Shown: positions 45,584 through 59,483 of the stretch, one piece after another | How positions within the stretch are numbered: position 1 is the first letter of the stretch | How the letters are laid out: each line of letters starts with the position of its first letter | NCBI RefSeq assembly: GCF_026210795.1 | Contig: NC_089430.1 | Location: 806,001-870,000 of the forward strand | DNA length: 64,000 bases | Source: Rhizophagus irregularis | Taxonomy: Eukaryota | Reading direction: 5' to 3' | The notes under the pieces: generated by a model | Databases searched by the model: none | What the model saw: the letters and a program-made list of their open reading frames with translations, nothing else | What the model was told of the DNA's origin: nothing | Position numbers and translations under genes: made by a program

Positions 45584-48500
45584 TATACTTGCCGTCCAAA
45601 CCCAAAAGTTTGGGATTTGTCCAGTGGAAATACCAGGACAAATGGGATTTTCCAGCTCCTCTTAAAATCCCATGATGGAAAAACTGGAAAAATTTAGTTT
45701 GGGCGGTCATAATCCCAAATGGCCAAACCCCGGACAAATCCCAAATCTGATGGACAAATGGACAAACTTAATATGGAATTCCCCCCTGAATATCATTTTG
45801 AAAATATCAAAATAAAATTTTTTTTGCATGTTTAACATGTAGGTTATAACTATCTTTGTTGTTATACACAACAGAACGTGTACCTTATTGGTGATTAATA
45901 TTATTATATAAATGGAGATAGATCAGTTAGATGATAGTTTTAGGGAAGACACAAGTGTACAGGGTTTAAAAAGTGGGGATAGTGAACGTTCAAGCGAAAT
46001 AAACCCTCCATCTAATCAATTAAATAAAGAAACACCATTACCAAACCTTGGAGGACGGCCTAAAGGAGACATATGGCAATTTTTTGCAGAAATTAATAAT
46101 GGAAAAGGAAAGCACAAGGGAGCAATTTGTAACTTTTGTAATTCTTCATGGAATCGAGGAAGAGCAAATGAAATGAAGAGTCATCTTGCAATGAAATGCA
46201 AAGGGCGTGTACCTAAAGATATTCGGCTAAATTTTCTTCGAGAAATTGATAATGAGCGTGAATCTTCAGAAACTTCATCTATATCATCAAGTAAAAAACG
46301 AAAAATATCTAATAATCAGACAACTTTAGAAAACTTTTATGATGATGATAAAATTGATGAAGTAAAGAGTAATCGGGCTGATAAAGCACTTATCAGATGG
46401 TTTGTCTGTTCAGGAATACCTTTTGTTGCAGCTGACTCTCCATACTTTGACGATTTTACTAAATCTTTAAATAGTGGATACAACCCACCTAAACGAACTG
46501 CTCTTGCAACTACTCATTTAGATGGTGAACTTGCAAATGTTACCTTAAAAATCGAAAAAGAATTGGCAAAAGCAAAAAATCTTACATTATGTAAGTATTT
46601 TTTTATTAACGTTACGTTTTGATATAAATTTTATTAACAGTTAAACATTATTAAATTTTTTTTATTAAACTGAAGGTGTTGATGGTTGGGCAAGCCCATT
46701 GAAACATTCAATTTATGCATTTGTTATAATGACGCCTGAACGAAAACAATACATTTATTCATTAGAAGATGTATCAAGTTTTTCACATACAGCAGATTTT
46801 AATGCTAGAAAAATGCTAGAAGTTTTAGAAAAAGTTGGTCCTGAAAAATTTTCTGCTATTATCACAGATGCAGAATCTGCAATGATGGCTGCTAAACGGC
46901 AAGTTGCAAATAAGTATCCTCATATTTTACCTATGAGATGCATTGCACATCATATCCAACTTATTTCAAGTGATATTTGTAATCACCCTTGGGCAAAAAA
47001 AGTACTTTCAGATTGTCAAAAAATAATTAGTTTTTTTAAGAATTCTTATCCTGCAGGTGCTGCTCTTAGAGAAGAAATATTTCATACATTTACTGTTGGT
47101 GGAAATTTGAAAACTTCTACAAAAACAAGGTGGTCAACAGCATGGGACTGTTGTGAATCTCTTTTAAGAAATGAAAATAACATCCGATCTGTAAGTTTTT
47201 ATTTTATTTTTATAAAATTAATACAATTATAATTAAATATTATTTTAATTTTATTAGGTTCTTGAACAAGAACCACAAATTTTTGCGCGTGTAAATGCAA
47301 CTAAAAATTTGATTAATGATCGGCAATTTTGGATTAATGTAGAACAACTTCGGAATCTTATTGCTCCAGTAAAAAAAGCGGTAAAAGATGTAGAATTTCA
47401 AAATACAATTTTAGCTGATGTATTTGTAGAATTGGTAAAAATAGCCATTGCCGTTCAAGAAATTCCTACTCCACTTAATAATCAGTTTCGTAAAGATTGT
47501 ATTGCTATATACAATAAACGATGAAAGCAATTTGATACTGATCTGTATCTTTTAGCTTATTTCTTACATCCAACATATCGAGGTAATTATTTAATTATTA
47601 TAAATACTTAATTATATTAAAAAATATTTTTATTTAAATATAAAAATTGTATAATTTTAATGTATAGGTGATAATTTAACACATAATACATACAAAAAAA
47701 TTATTTTGCGTAAAGCTTTAGAAATTTGGAAGCAAACCGGAGGTGGAGAGAAGAGTGCTAAAATTCTTAAAACTCAAATGAATTTATATAGAAATCAGGA
47801 ATCACCTTTTGATGATGATTTTATAGAATCTGTTGATACTGTTAAAAATTGGTGGTCATCCTGCGAACTCAAAAAAAATGAAAATCATATTTCAATTTTA
47901 GCATTAAAACTTCATTCTATTACTCCTCATAATGCTTCAACTGAACGAGTATTTTCAGTTTTAAATTGGTATTTATGTAAGAGACGAAATAAGTAAGTTT
48001 AAATTTCTTTCAATATTATTTAATCATCTTAACTATATTTAATATTTAAAAATATTATTAATTAAATATTTAGAATGAATATATCTCATTTGGAATCATT
48101 GGCTCAAATCCATTCTTTTTTAATTGCAAATGCTCCAGGTGAATTAAATTTTATTAATAATAACATCAGTCAAGATGAATTCACTGCTGCTTTTAACCAA
48201 ATTGCTGTAGCAATGGAAGAAGGTATTGATTTATTTGAGGAAAATAATTCATTTCCAGTTTTTGATGATGACAGTGAAGAGGATAATGATTTGCAATTGC
48301 AAAATGAAAATGGATTAAATTTAGAAATAAGTGAATTAATTCAGTTAAATGTAAATCAATCAGGTTCCATTAATGAAAATCAAGCAGACATAAATGAATC
48401 GAGAATTGAACATGGAGATAAAGATTTTAATATTGAAGACTTATTACATGACAATTAGAATAGTTTATTTTTACTAAAATATTAATATAAAATTGTAATT

Positions 48501-48798
48501 TCTATTATACATTTATAATACATAATAGTAATAATCAATAAATTCATAAATAATAAAGTGAATCGTAAATTTGGAATTTAGTTAGGGTTTGGGATGTCCA
48601 CTTTGTCCAGATTATTCCAGATTGGGTTTGGGATTTTGTCCAGTTTGTCTATATTTGTCCAGTTTATTCAGGTTTAGCCGATTTGTCCAGTTATGGCCGT
48701 CCAAACTTAATTTTTCCAATTTTGACATTACGCCCAAATCCCATGGGATTTGGGTTTGGGTGGGCATTTACAGAATTTTAGTTTGGATGGCAAGTATA
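45584..48798 (+). mobile_element. hAT transposon
   Basis: 8-bp TSD GGTCTGAC (45576-45583, 48799-48806); 17-bp TIR TATACTTGCC(G/A)TCCAAA; subterminal GGACAAA/TTTGTCC repeats. Confidence 0.95.
45912..48458 (+). pseudogene. Multi-exon hAT transposase (BED + DUF659-like) with an in-frame TGA near 47522
   Basis: CNFC...HLAMKC, CVDGW (across an intron), ITDAES, CIAHHIQL, TRWST and HNASTERVFS; about four GT-AG introns. Confidence 0.8.
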
Positions 48799-50335
48799 GG
48801 TCTGACTGTAGATTAATATTAGCGTGTTAGAGACTTTTGGTCAAAAATAGTTTCTACAAAGTAGAGTATCCTATTATACTTCCCAAAATATGTAACCAAG
48901 TATCTTCAGAAAATTCAACGCTCAATGGTAACTACCCTAAGAACATCCAAAAAAATTCTGCACAGGGTCGCACTACGGCATTATGACGGCATTATGCAGT
49001 AACACGTGAAATAAACAGTGACGATTAAGGGCGTGACATATAGTATTTTGACTAACCTAAGTCCCTCAAATACTTATGGAAATGGAAACACAGAGGATGT
49101 GAAGCGTGTGATGATTAAATTTACTATTGCGGAATTTTTTCGGGTGTTACTGGGCTAGTTCTCAATAGTAACTTACTGTTTCAGAAAATCTTTTAGAGTA
49201 AAAAGCAGAAAATGCCATTCCTAGCGGACTGTGAACTCAGTTCACAAACAATTCACGTGGTAATGCGCCACACTTAAAGCTTGGCAAAATTTTAATTTCA
49301 GCCGGGGCGCCCCTGCTAAAATAGGGGAGCGTGTTTGATCATGTGACATTAAATTATTTGTCGCTCCTCCCATCACATCCCAGTTTCCATTTTTACTATT
49401 TATCCTGGGGACAATTTTTTCGAGTTGTGAAAAATTATTTGTCACATACCTATTCATCACACCCCTACTATGAAAAAATCACGTGATCAAACACGGCTTT
49501 AGATGACCCCCAAAATAGGGAATGACTGTGGAGAAGAACAAGAGTGGACAACAAAGTTGAAATAATGTGAACGACTGCGATTAAACATTTAACAAGAAAA
49601 ATATATCACTAATGAAGTGTGTTTTACTGATACGTAATTTTTGATGTCGTTATGTATATAAATTATAATTTGTTTTTTCTAGATTGAGATAGCTTCTCAT
49701 CACTTTCTCATGATAGTTAGATAACATAAGAATATGGGTTATCAATTGCAGAGAAAAATAACAGGGGGAATAACGTGGAAAGGATGTGATTGGACAACTG
49801 CGGAGGAGAATATGAGTAATAATGATTGTATTATGGCTAATACATTGCAGTCGAAATGTATTTACATAAGAGAAACTATTATGGCGTTTATGGATGTCAA
49901 AAGATTATGTATCAAGGAAATGGAAAACAGACTAAAAAAACGGGTTAATATTGGATGCAACGTAACTAATGGCAAATCAACCAGTCCTCGTTAGTAATAA
50001 CTTTACTAAAATGTTTCACTTGATATTGCTAACAATATCTCTATATTTATTTGTAGTTATTCTCGTTTCATATGAAGTTCTTGAACGAGGTTTTTTTAAG
50101 GAAATTCATATGCGGAAGATTTTCAATTCACATGTCAGAGAGTCCTATACGATGTTAATCAATTTTTTCGTTTCCTTATGAAGAAAGGATGTTGAGTTGT
50201 GGCAATTTTAGCTGATGTTTATCATCAAGTTTGTGAAATTCCCCAGACAATCAGGGTATACTTTACGTACTCTTAGGTATGGTAAATTGAATTATAAATA
50301 CGTGGCTATTAATTATGGGTAATTTTTACAGAATC

Positions 50336-51152
50336 ATGACAGAAATTGAGCTCACTTGTCGCCTCTATGATAAAATAGAGGAAAATTCTGTTCCATTTCC
50401 TGTTAAAGTCCTTACAAGCTAAATATTAACTCCCTCGGAAAGAGAGTTTTCGAAGAAATCAAGAAAAAAAATGATGATACCATTTCTGGTATTGAGGCCG
50501 ATGACTTAAAGCTATGGAAAGTAGAAATCGACAATGATGAAGGAAGAGAATTTTCAAGTCTTAGTCTGGCAAACAAAAATGCAAAGAAGCTTGAAGTAAC
50601 CAAACTTATTAGTGAGTACTGGGAGGAACAACCTGAGAGAGAACGCACTCACGTTATTGTCGATTCGCCATTATTGATCAAAAATTGGGAGAATCGACAG
50701 TTGATCGAACAAATGGAAAATTTGAGTCTTAATAACGGAAGTAGGTATTGAGGTGTTTATTTGCTTGCACATGCCCTTTGAATAATTTTCGACCAATCCT
50801 ACACTCTTATATTTAGATGATAGATATCTTCAGAAAGTGTGTTTGTTCTGCAGGTGTTATCAAAATAGGAGATGAGTTAAGAATAAACAGATCTTATTCA
50901 AGTATTGTAGATGGTAAAAAAGATTCGGTGCCGGTTTATATTGGATGCAAAATAACTGAAATCATTGATGGTAAATTAACCGTGGTTCTCATTGTTTATG
51001 ATGAGGAACAAAAAGTAATTTTTTCCTTAAATACGCTGGAAGAATGGTTGTTTGTTAAATTCGGTCTAGATAAGGAGTATAGACCTAAGGATTATCATGA
51101 TTGTAACGAGAAAATCAAGATTAAACGTGAAGGGGAATGGATCGGGAGTTAG
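50336..51152 (+). pseudogene. CRN-type gene, frameshifted; paralog of 40759
   Basis: MTEIELTCRL..., frameshift near 50415, LKLWKV, RTHVIV; second exon from ~50817. Confidence 0.7.
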
Positions 51153-52359
51153 TATTAGGAAAACTTATAAGAAAATAAAAGATACCCGAAAAATTAACTA
51201 GTTCTAAATTTGGTGTTGGCTGTATAACTCATAGCACTCATTATTAAAGCTACTTGGTGTATTAGTGAAGCCGCTATTATTAAAAAAAAATGGTATAAAA
51301 ATGAAATGTTCACCATGTGGAAATGTGATTAGTACATTTTTTATTCAAGTGCAGGGAAAAAATAAATTATACGTTGTGCCACATCTGTTGTCATGCGAAC
51401 GGATCCATAAACATATGGCATGATTGATAAAAAGCCTCTTCACGGGCGAAATGTTATTATTGTATAAAATAGATTAGGGAAATCTCGAATCAAAGTTTGT
51501 GTAATTCCCATAGAGTGACTCTTTTATTGGTTTCTTCTTAGGATCATATGTAAACATCGTTATACAAATAGAACTATTCGTAAAGACCAATTAATCCGCT
51601 GGTAAACAAGACTGTGATGAAAGTCCTATGCCTAGTATTACACACTCTGTGCTAGAGATTTTCAAGTATTCATGTAATCAGCTGGAGTAAATAAACCATT
51701 ATTTTTTTGTTAACGGATAGAATAACAGTATGTTCAATGTGAAATAGATGGATCACTTCTCCTACCTGTATCGAATTATTTGTTAATCAATCCTGTCAAA
51801 ATTTTTAATGCGGTACGAAAGTAGATTGACCACAATATGTATTGGATAAATCATTACCAAATTATTCTGTTTCAAGTGTCCAAAAGTAATTAGTAACATG
51901 AAAGTGTCCACGCTAAGGTATTATGATTTTAATCATCACACTGGTACTTGGCAAAGATTAATTTTTCATTCCAATAAACGCCATTCCTTTTTTATCTACG
52001 GTATACGAATAAACTCTTTGCATAAGAACCACACCTAAATATTAAATCTATATATCTTGGAGGACATTCTTTCGGAAAGTATCGCACAAAGCAAATGTCA
52101 TTCATCTCCCTAACTGTCCTGAGATTTCGTGTGAAAAAAAATAAAATGTGTTCTCACTTGGCACAAAAATCCCCTGATACTTAAATGGCCGTATTCCTCC
52201 CGGCAAATAACTATCGATATATTCCCCCATTTTCAGTGTATCAAAATATCCCATTCCATTTATAGAATAACTATTACGTATTTTTGAATTAACCCTGTTT
52301 TAATGTTCACAGACAAGAAGTGTCTTTGCTATATGTCCTGAAATTAACCGAACCTTACA

Positions 52360-52460
52360 GCGCCCCTTGACACTGCCTTTTCTTCGAAAAGTCCGTTGTG
52401 CACTGGTAATAGATACTGGTGTCCATCTTTGAGTGACCAGTTAAAAACATCTATGACAGG
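52360..52460. repeat. ~100-bp segment duplicated at ~62365-62460 (decayed minus-strand coding relic)
   Basis: TTGACACTGCCTTTTCTTCGAAAAGTCCGTTGT...GTGTCCATCTTTGAG in both places. Confidence 0.7.
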
Positions 52461-53233
52461 AACATAAGCAATACAAGTATACAACTCTTCAATCATTAGG
52501 AACAGTATCAACCAACATGTCCATAGTGAATATCTTGAGATAATATACCTGATACATGCTGCCTGTTGCGTATTTCTTTTTTTTTAATTACATATTCTAA
52601 TGACCACATAGTTGACCGAAAACAATGTTGCGATAAATGTAGATCATATTTTTTCGACTCTGTTGGCCTTAGTTATATAAATAATTACTTCCACTTATTT
52701 CGAAATGTTTTGTAGATGACCATTTTTCTTTGTACTAAATGTATTCCAAAATATACTGTATAATCTGAAGACAATATATTATTAAAAATGAGTTCTAAAT
52801 ACATATTTTCGAATATGAAGGTTATGTTGGACTTACTCTCATCTAATCTTTGTAATATTACTAGAAAGAATTTCTTTCATACGAAAATTGTCTACGAGAC
52901 CGTGACCCAGGTGTCACAGACTCACAATTGCATATCTCTCATCTCTGGGATGTACAAGTATAACATCACTAGTCCAACAAAGTAATAAATTTATGCATCA
53001 AGTACAACAACTAATCAAATTATACTTACATTACAAAGTAATGTAGCTGCGTCAGAAGGAGATTTGTTTGAAGCAACTTTATTGGAAAAATTGATACCAA
53101 ATTCCACTTGATACATTGGCTTATCGTTAATATAGTTTATCGTACATTGAACCGGACATATGTTCTGATTCCAACTTGTTTGAACTATGTACCCATGCGG
53201 AATTGGATATTGGTTAGGCTTTTTAGTTTGAGT

Positions 53234-53435
53234 GGAGGAATCTTACCACACTACCGTGTGATGATTTTGTCACTTCGTCACGTGCTGACCTGTTTACGTT
53301 TTTTATTATGTTTCTGAGGGACTTAGTTTTTTTTTACTAGCCTGATCTCTATTTGTCACTGCATTATATGTCACCTGTACTACACGTTTAAAGTACTATT
53401 TATATTGTGACAGGGTAGTGTGGTAAGATTCCCCC
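53234..53435. mobile_element. ~200-bp MITE
   Basis: TIR GG(A/G)GGAATCTTACCACACTACC versus GGTAGTGTGGTAAGATTCCCCC; TSD unclear. Confidence 0.7.
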
Positions 53436-53449
53436 ATCAAGTGTATCAC

Positions 53450-54140
53450 ACAAATATAGCTTGTACTTGAGTATGCGGATGGTGGAACACTAAGAGATTA
53501 TTTAAGAATACTTTTGAATAGAAGGACCAACTAAAGTTCGTTAGAGATTACAAGTGCGATTTTATAGTCACATGACGATAGGGAAATCATACACGAAGCT
53601 TTTGTAAATACAATGATTATTTGTAATTCATTTAGTTGAACTAGTTCGCTACATTGTGCAATTAACAAATTCATTTTTTAGCATCCCGATAATATCTTAG
53701 TACAGTACATCAAAATACGATCAAATTGGCAGATTTTGACCGTTCATTTCTAAAAGGATCAGATTGTTATAACTCTGAAGTATTGGGTATGATTCCCTAT
53801 ATGGATTCTAAAACGTTTAATCGAAAAACTCCATATAAGATCAACGAGAAATGAGATATTTATGGCTATGTTCTGGGAATTAATCAGTCACTTTCAATTG
53901 TGAAACGAGAAACGATCATATTTCTCTTATATTAGACATTCTTAATGGTTTAAGAGAAGAACCTATCAAACACAAATTTATTGAGCTTTATCAAAGTAAG
54001 TATAAATAATTGATTCTTTTGGGGCTAGTATAATCTTTCTTGTCACCGTAAACTAATTGTCGTCTGTTGAACAGAATGTTGGAAATGCGAACCAGACAAA
54101 CGACCAGATATTCGCCAAGTAAATTCAGAACTTAATACTT
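53450..54140 (+). pseudogene. Decayed protein kinase (TKL-like)
   Basis: Fragments LEYADGGTLRDYL, IKLADF, MIPYMD and CWKCEPDKRPDI, with stops, frameshifts and introns. Confidence 0.75.
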
Positions 54141-54492
54141 AATAGCATTGATTCTGTAGATAATAATGTATCTTTCATTTTTTTATTCTAATGGAAGAGA
54201 CATAAACGAAAAAAAATAAAGTGCTGTATTACTTATAGATAATTTCTTTCACATAGTTTTGGATATTATAATTAAAATACCAAGAAAAATCGGCATACGT
54301 AATATTTTCTTACACACATACATACATAAATACAAGTTGTAAAGTAGAAAGGTTCAAACTTTATTTGGAAACTTGCTGTTTAGTATCATCACTGAAAACT
54401 ACGTATATGTAATATTTTTTTTATGCAAATGCAAGCTATAAAATATTAATGTATCAATTTAAGACTTCTCGACTGGTCGTTTTGCGAGAGGG

Positions 54493-57400
54493 TTATTTCT
54501 TCATTAATACTATATCCGCCAACTTTTCTCCGAAAACTTGTTTTACGTTGCGGTCATCAATAGTGACTATGAGATTACCTTTTTTGTCAATGCGTAAGAT
54601 ATCTGGCCTTTTTGACAAAGCCCTATGTGGTAACTCAACTAAAACATGAATGCATTTTCTTTTATCAGCCGCATTGCTACTAACATTATTGGCTGTCATA
54701 AGTTTTGCGATTTCATGGTGAAGTTTCGCATGCTCAGGTGTTTTGGATACTAGGTAATACTTGAGGGTTCTATCGTAATCCAAATCGTAGTTTATGTCCT
54801 TATTACGGCGTAGATCATCGTCATCATCATCGTCAATATTGGCGAGAATACTGTTTTCCTGAAGTTCTCCCTCCTCCCCATAGTCTTGTTCATAATAATC
54901 TTGCTTCATTTCCTTCCGAAAATTTTCAGTAAAACCAACATCGTCAGATACACCGACTTCACAATAATCCATCTTCATTTTCTTATTCTCAGGTCCAGAT
55001 TTATTAGGTCCAGATTTTTTAATGACCCTCTTTCTTTTCATCATTTCTTTCATATCTTCATTTTTTATCATGTACTGAAACTCCATGCACACCTTGAAAG
55101 CTTGCATTCTAACCTTGTCTGCCGGAACTGCATCTTTGTAGAAAGCGGAACTTAACGATAACAATACCACATTTTTAGATTCATTAGATTTATCTACAAG
55201 CGAGAGTACAAGATCCGAACCTGCATGAATCGCTGGTTGGATAGCAGCATTATGGTACCTGGTTGATTCGTATACGTCTTTGACATAATCATACAATGAA
55301 ACATTATTTGATAGATTTGTTTCCGTGACAAACTGCATTCCCGGCGTGATCCATTCTGGAAAGATGAAATCTGAACCGTTGGTATCGCCGGTCCACCTTT
55401 TAAGTTCTTCAAGCACGCTACAACCGCGTTTCTCAATAATTGCTGATGCAAAAGCAGCATCAAGCTCGCTGCCAATTGCCTGTTTGCTCCCAAGACGTTG
55501 TATAACGTGAGTAACATAAATATCTGTCAAAGTTTCTTTGTTACTTAACTTCAGATATTTCTCAATGCTCCTAATAATGTACGACTCTAATTCTGTATTG
55601 ATTTTGAACGAATTTGAGTCCAAGTTATGAGGACGAAGGGTAATGAAAGGTGGCGACTTGACAGGAAGAATTCCATGTCGAAGCAGTTCAGCACCAGGTG
55701 AATCTGAATTAATAATTCGGCAACAGATAACTTCAATAATCGCATTTGTTGGGTTGATTCCTCTGAGTGACAAAGTACTGGCGGTATTACGCAAATATGT
55801 TACCATTGTATCAGTTATTTCCTCGAACCATTTCTTACTAGTGTTAACCATTTCATTATCTTTATCTATTAACGGTTCTGATCGGTCGGCTAGCATTTTT
55901 ATAAATAACGCACAGTTTCGGGGTCGTCCCTTGAGAATATTTCCTAAATAAGAAAGAGTTTCAAGACTAACTCCATCCATATTGATTACAGTTTCGAGAA
56001 TTCGTATAACATCCTCAGGTGAGAGATAAGGGAGTTTCAACACAAGATGCACTTTTCGAGGTGCACTAAGTTTTCCAACACTAGTGACTAGGGCTATTCC
56101 GCTTGATATACGCATAGTAGTGCCAGAAATAATGGGTGTAACATCAAAATCGGAACTGATCATGTGATGAGTATAGGCAAAAGATTCCATGGAGTTCCCG
56201 CTTCACTACTTCCAACGTAATCTCCGAATTCAGGTCGACAAAGACATTGCGCCTCATCTTGGATAAAGAGGATCCGTTCAATCTTAAGGCATTTATTAAT
56301 GAACACTAAAAGGTCCGAAAATTCTCCTGCGCTTAGTCCTGACAGGTTTTCTCGAAGAAGTTCCATACTAGACTTATCTAAACCATGAAGTTGTGCTAAT
56401 AGCCAATCCTTTGGTGTTTTGATTTTTTTCTCTACAAGCATTTTGACTAGTATTAATACACGTAAAGCGAATTCTATGTCAAGACTGCGAAGTGCCCAAT
56501 TTTGTTGTTCGATTTCTTTGAAATGTGGATGTAACGCTTTAATTTCACCGAGTTCACGAGACAATTTATTATTATAATCTGAAATAATATGGGAACAGTC
56601 CACATGTATTCCCCATTGTTCTGCAGCAATGGCGAATGTGGTTGACGTTTTACCCCCTCCTGAGACTCCGGCAAGCACAATAACATCTTGTCCGTGCTCT
56701 TTAATTCTCTCTCGCACCAAATTAACGGTCTCTTGAAATTGCGGATCGTAGTATAGGGGATTCTCATAGATCATTTTAGAATTCGCTTTAAAAGGAGGGA
56801 GGCGAGGATCGATTTCATTACACGTCGTTTTAGTAACACCATAGGGTAGACATGTTTTTAAAATTGAAGGGCTCTGGTTCAGCTTATAGTATGGGTAGTT
56901 CGGAGTTGCGAGTGAAAAGTCATGTGAACGTTTCCAAATTACGGCGAGTTTCCGAGCCAGTTTACGAAAAAAAGGTTCATCGACATCAAGAACATGAGGA
57001 AAGGTCATTTGTAAATCACCTAGAAAAACGAATAAACAGTAAGGAGAAGGTTTTCAAAAAATACGACTTATAAGACTAACAATGTTACAAACCAACTATA
57101 GCATCGATATCTTCCTCATAAAAGTCTGGGTAGTTAGGCAGCCATATAGAAAGCAAATAACAATGAACGTAAGTAATATACGATATTATTAGCAAAAAAC
57201 GTTGAGACACTTACCAGTAACAAAAACGGGGGCTACAAAGATATGAAAGATAATTAAAAAAAAGAACATGCAAGGTTAAAAATTAAATAAAGGTATTTTT
57301 TTTTCAGCTGTAAATTTGATTAAACATTGGGAATTTACCAGTGTTACCAGTGGTGGGAATAATGGCGATGACGTGAATGTTAGACACTTTAAAATTTTGA

Positions 57401-57744
57401 TTATTATTATTTAATTCATCTTGAAAATATTCTTCAAACAGTTCTTGAAGTTCCATTTCTTTTCCACCAAGTTTTTGTACAATGTCTTCTTCGGTAGAAA
57501 CATTTTTATCTTTGATCTCTCTTTTCTTAACATTAACTTTCCAAAGTTTCGTATTGTTGGAATTAACATTTGCCTTACTACAAATATCATTTTTGAGAAG
57601 TACAACTGTAAGTTCGCTTAAGTAGACTTTTTGTTTATGATCATCTTGTTGAAGAATGGCGAACTTTCCAGTATTATCATTGAAAAAGGAAACCGGAATT
57701 AGAATATCAGAGTTTAGAAGTAAACAATTGAACGACCGTGCCAT
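54493..57744 (-). pseudogene. Crinkler-type gene: ubiquitin-like header + P-loop NTPase + REase-like domain; frameshift near 56190
   Basis: N-terminal FNCLLL...KLWKV...IHVIA; short intervening exons; LAGVSGGGKT (Walker A), FIQDEAQ (Walker B); QPAIHAGSDLVL nuclease-like motif. Confidence 0.75.
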
Positions 57745-58640
57745 TTCGATGATATTGCTAATAAGAGTGAAACAAATGTAAGTCAAAAAGAAATAAGTTG
57801 AAGTTAAAAAAAGTTGAAAGAGTTTATTGGAGGTACATATACTTGTAAAAACCTCATCATGACTGATAAAATAGACTCGGTGGCTTGTTGTAAGTTTATC
57901 AGTAGCGAAAGAAATGAATTGCTTCTCATGAGTAATTATCACGAGTATTGATTAATTACTATTACGCAATTTCATCTATATGTATATGGTAACGCAAGTG
58001 ACATATTATGCAGGTGACAAATAGAGAATATAAACAACGCGAACGCGGCGGTCACGTGTCAGGTGACGGTTAGGCATCACACCTTTCCGAGGTGGTGTGG
58101 TAAGATCATTCATTTTTCGGTTGTACAATTGACTAAAAAAAAATAAAGCGCAGTAACTCAGTAACTCTAAACCCGTTATATTATTTTCTCCAAGCCTGAA
58201 CTCGTTTAAGTAAATATTTGCGAGAAAATTATTAACAACATTAAAGCCGAACGATATAATACGCAATTAAGGTATGAATATTTCAGCTGTGCAAACTAAT
58301 GACCATTTTTTATATAGTTTTCTAAGGACCTTACTAATACATTACTAGATCACAGAACGCAAAACAACATAAAATTCGGCAGGGTTAATGTTATGAAACG
58401 TTATTCACTTTCTGATACTGCATGTTTCGTGTAAGTTAACTGTCGACAATAACTAGACACGATATTGAGTCTCACTCAAAAAGTAGTATCATTATTTTAT
58501 CAATTTTATAGTGTATTGTATTTTGTCAACAAATTTAAACTAGACTCATGGTTAAAAAAGTATCCTTGATGAGGATAAATGATAATATGAATATAGAAAA
58601 TCAAATATGCTAATTCATGTGTTTCTTTCAACACAGAAAA

Positions 58641-59483
58641 ATGCGTTCTGTCAACATCAATTGTCTAGTTCTGGGAAAGCCATTCAGAAACATAATCTCT
58701 ATCAAAATTAAAGAAAACGAAACGATTGGTGAACTCAAAAGACGTATTAAAGCTGAAAAGATTACTTCGAAACTGTTGGCGCAAGTGACCTCAGATTATA
58801 GCGTACAAATACCCATATAGGAAGCAATAATACATTTCCCTGTTTTGATCTTTTCGACAGCAACGAAATATTGTCATATTTTGGAATCAAAGACATTTGG
58901 AAAGAAAATCCTCCAAAATCTAATATTCACGTAGTTGTTAAAATCGAAGGTTAGTGTTGCTTTTTGCTTGCGTTGGTTTTCCGTTACAATAAATAACAAA
59001 ATACTTGCAATCAGTTGTTACCCTCAACTGAAATTCATGGACATAAACATCCCTCCTAATCAGGTTATTACATGTGAGGAAGACAAGTGTGTCATGAAAA
59101 ACTTGGACAAAATCAAGAGCGTTTTCGCTAATTCAATCTACAATTATAACCCTGACCATCTCCATGTAATGATAAGTTCAGATACCTGGAAGGAAGTGCA
59201 TTGTAAAGCTGTTTATAAAAAATCTATATGCGAGAAACACGAGAAAGAATTCCAATGGAAGATCACCCACGCAACGGTAACATTGGTCAAATTGAAGGAC
59301 AAGTTACGCAAATATTTCTCAGATCTTAATAATACTGAAAAAGAGTTTATTGGTCTTTATAGGACACATGATGGAAGCACCAAAGGGGAATTTATTCGAA
59401 GTGATTCCATGCTAGAGCGTATCATGTGGGGAAAGTTTTATAGAATCGATGTTAGTATAATCATCGAAGTTCATCACGAATAG
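58641..59483 (+). pseudogene. CRN-type gene, disrupted
   Basis: MRSVNINCLVLG...TIGELKRRIK, frameshift, DLRL*, NIHVVV; second exon to 59483. Confidence 0.65.

Larger units (their letters stand above)
45388..48808. mobile_element. ~200-bp Tc1/mariner-type MITE whose right TIR is split by a hAT insertion
   Basis: TA|CAGTCAGACCTCCATAATTGCAC ... GTGCAATTATAGAGGTCTGAC[hAT]TG|TA. Confidence 0.85.
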
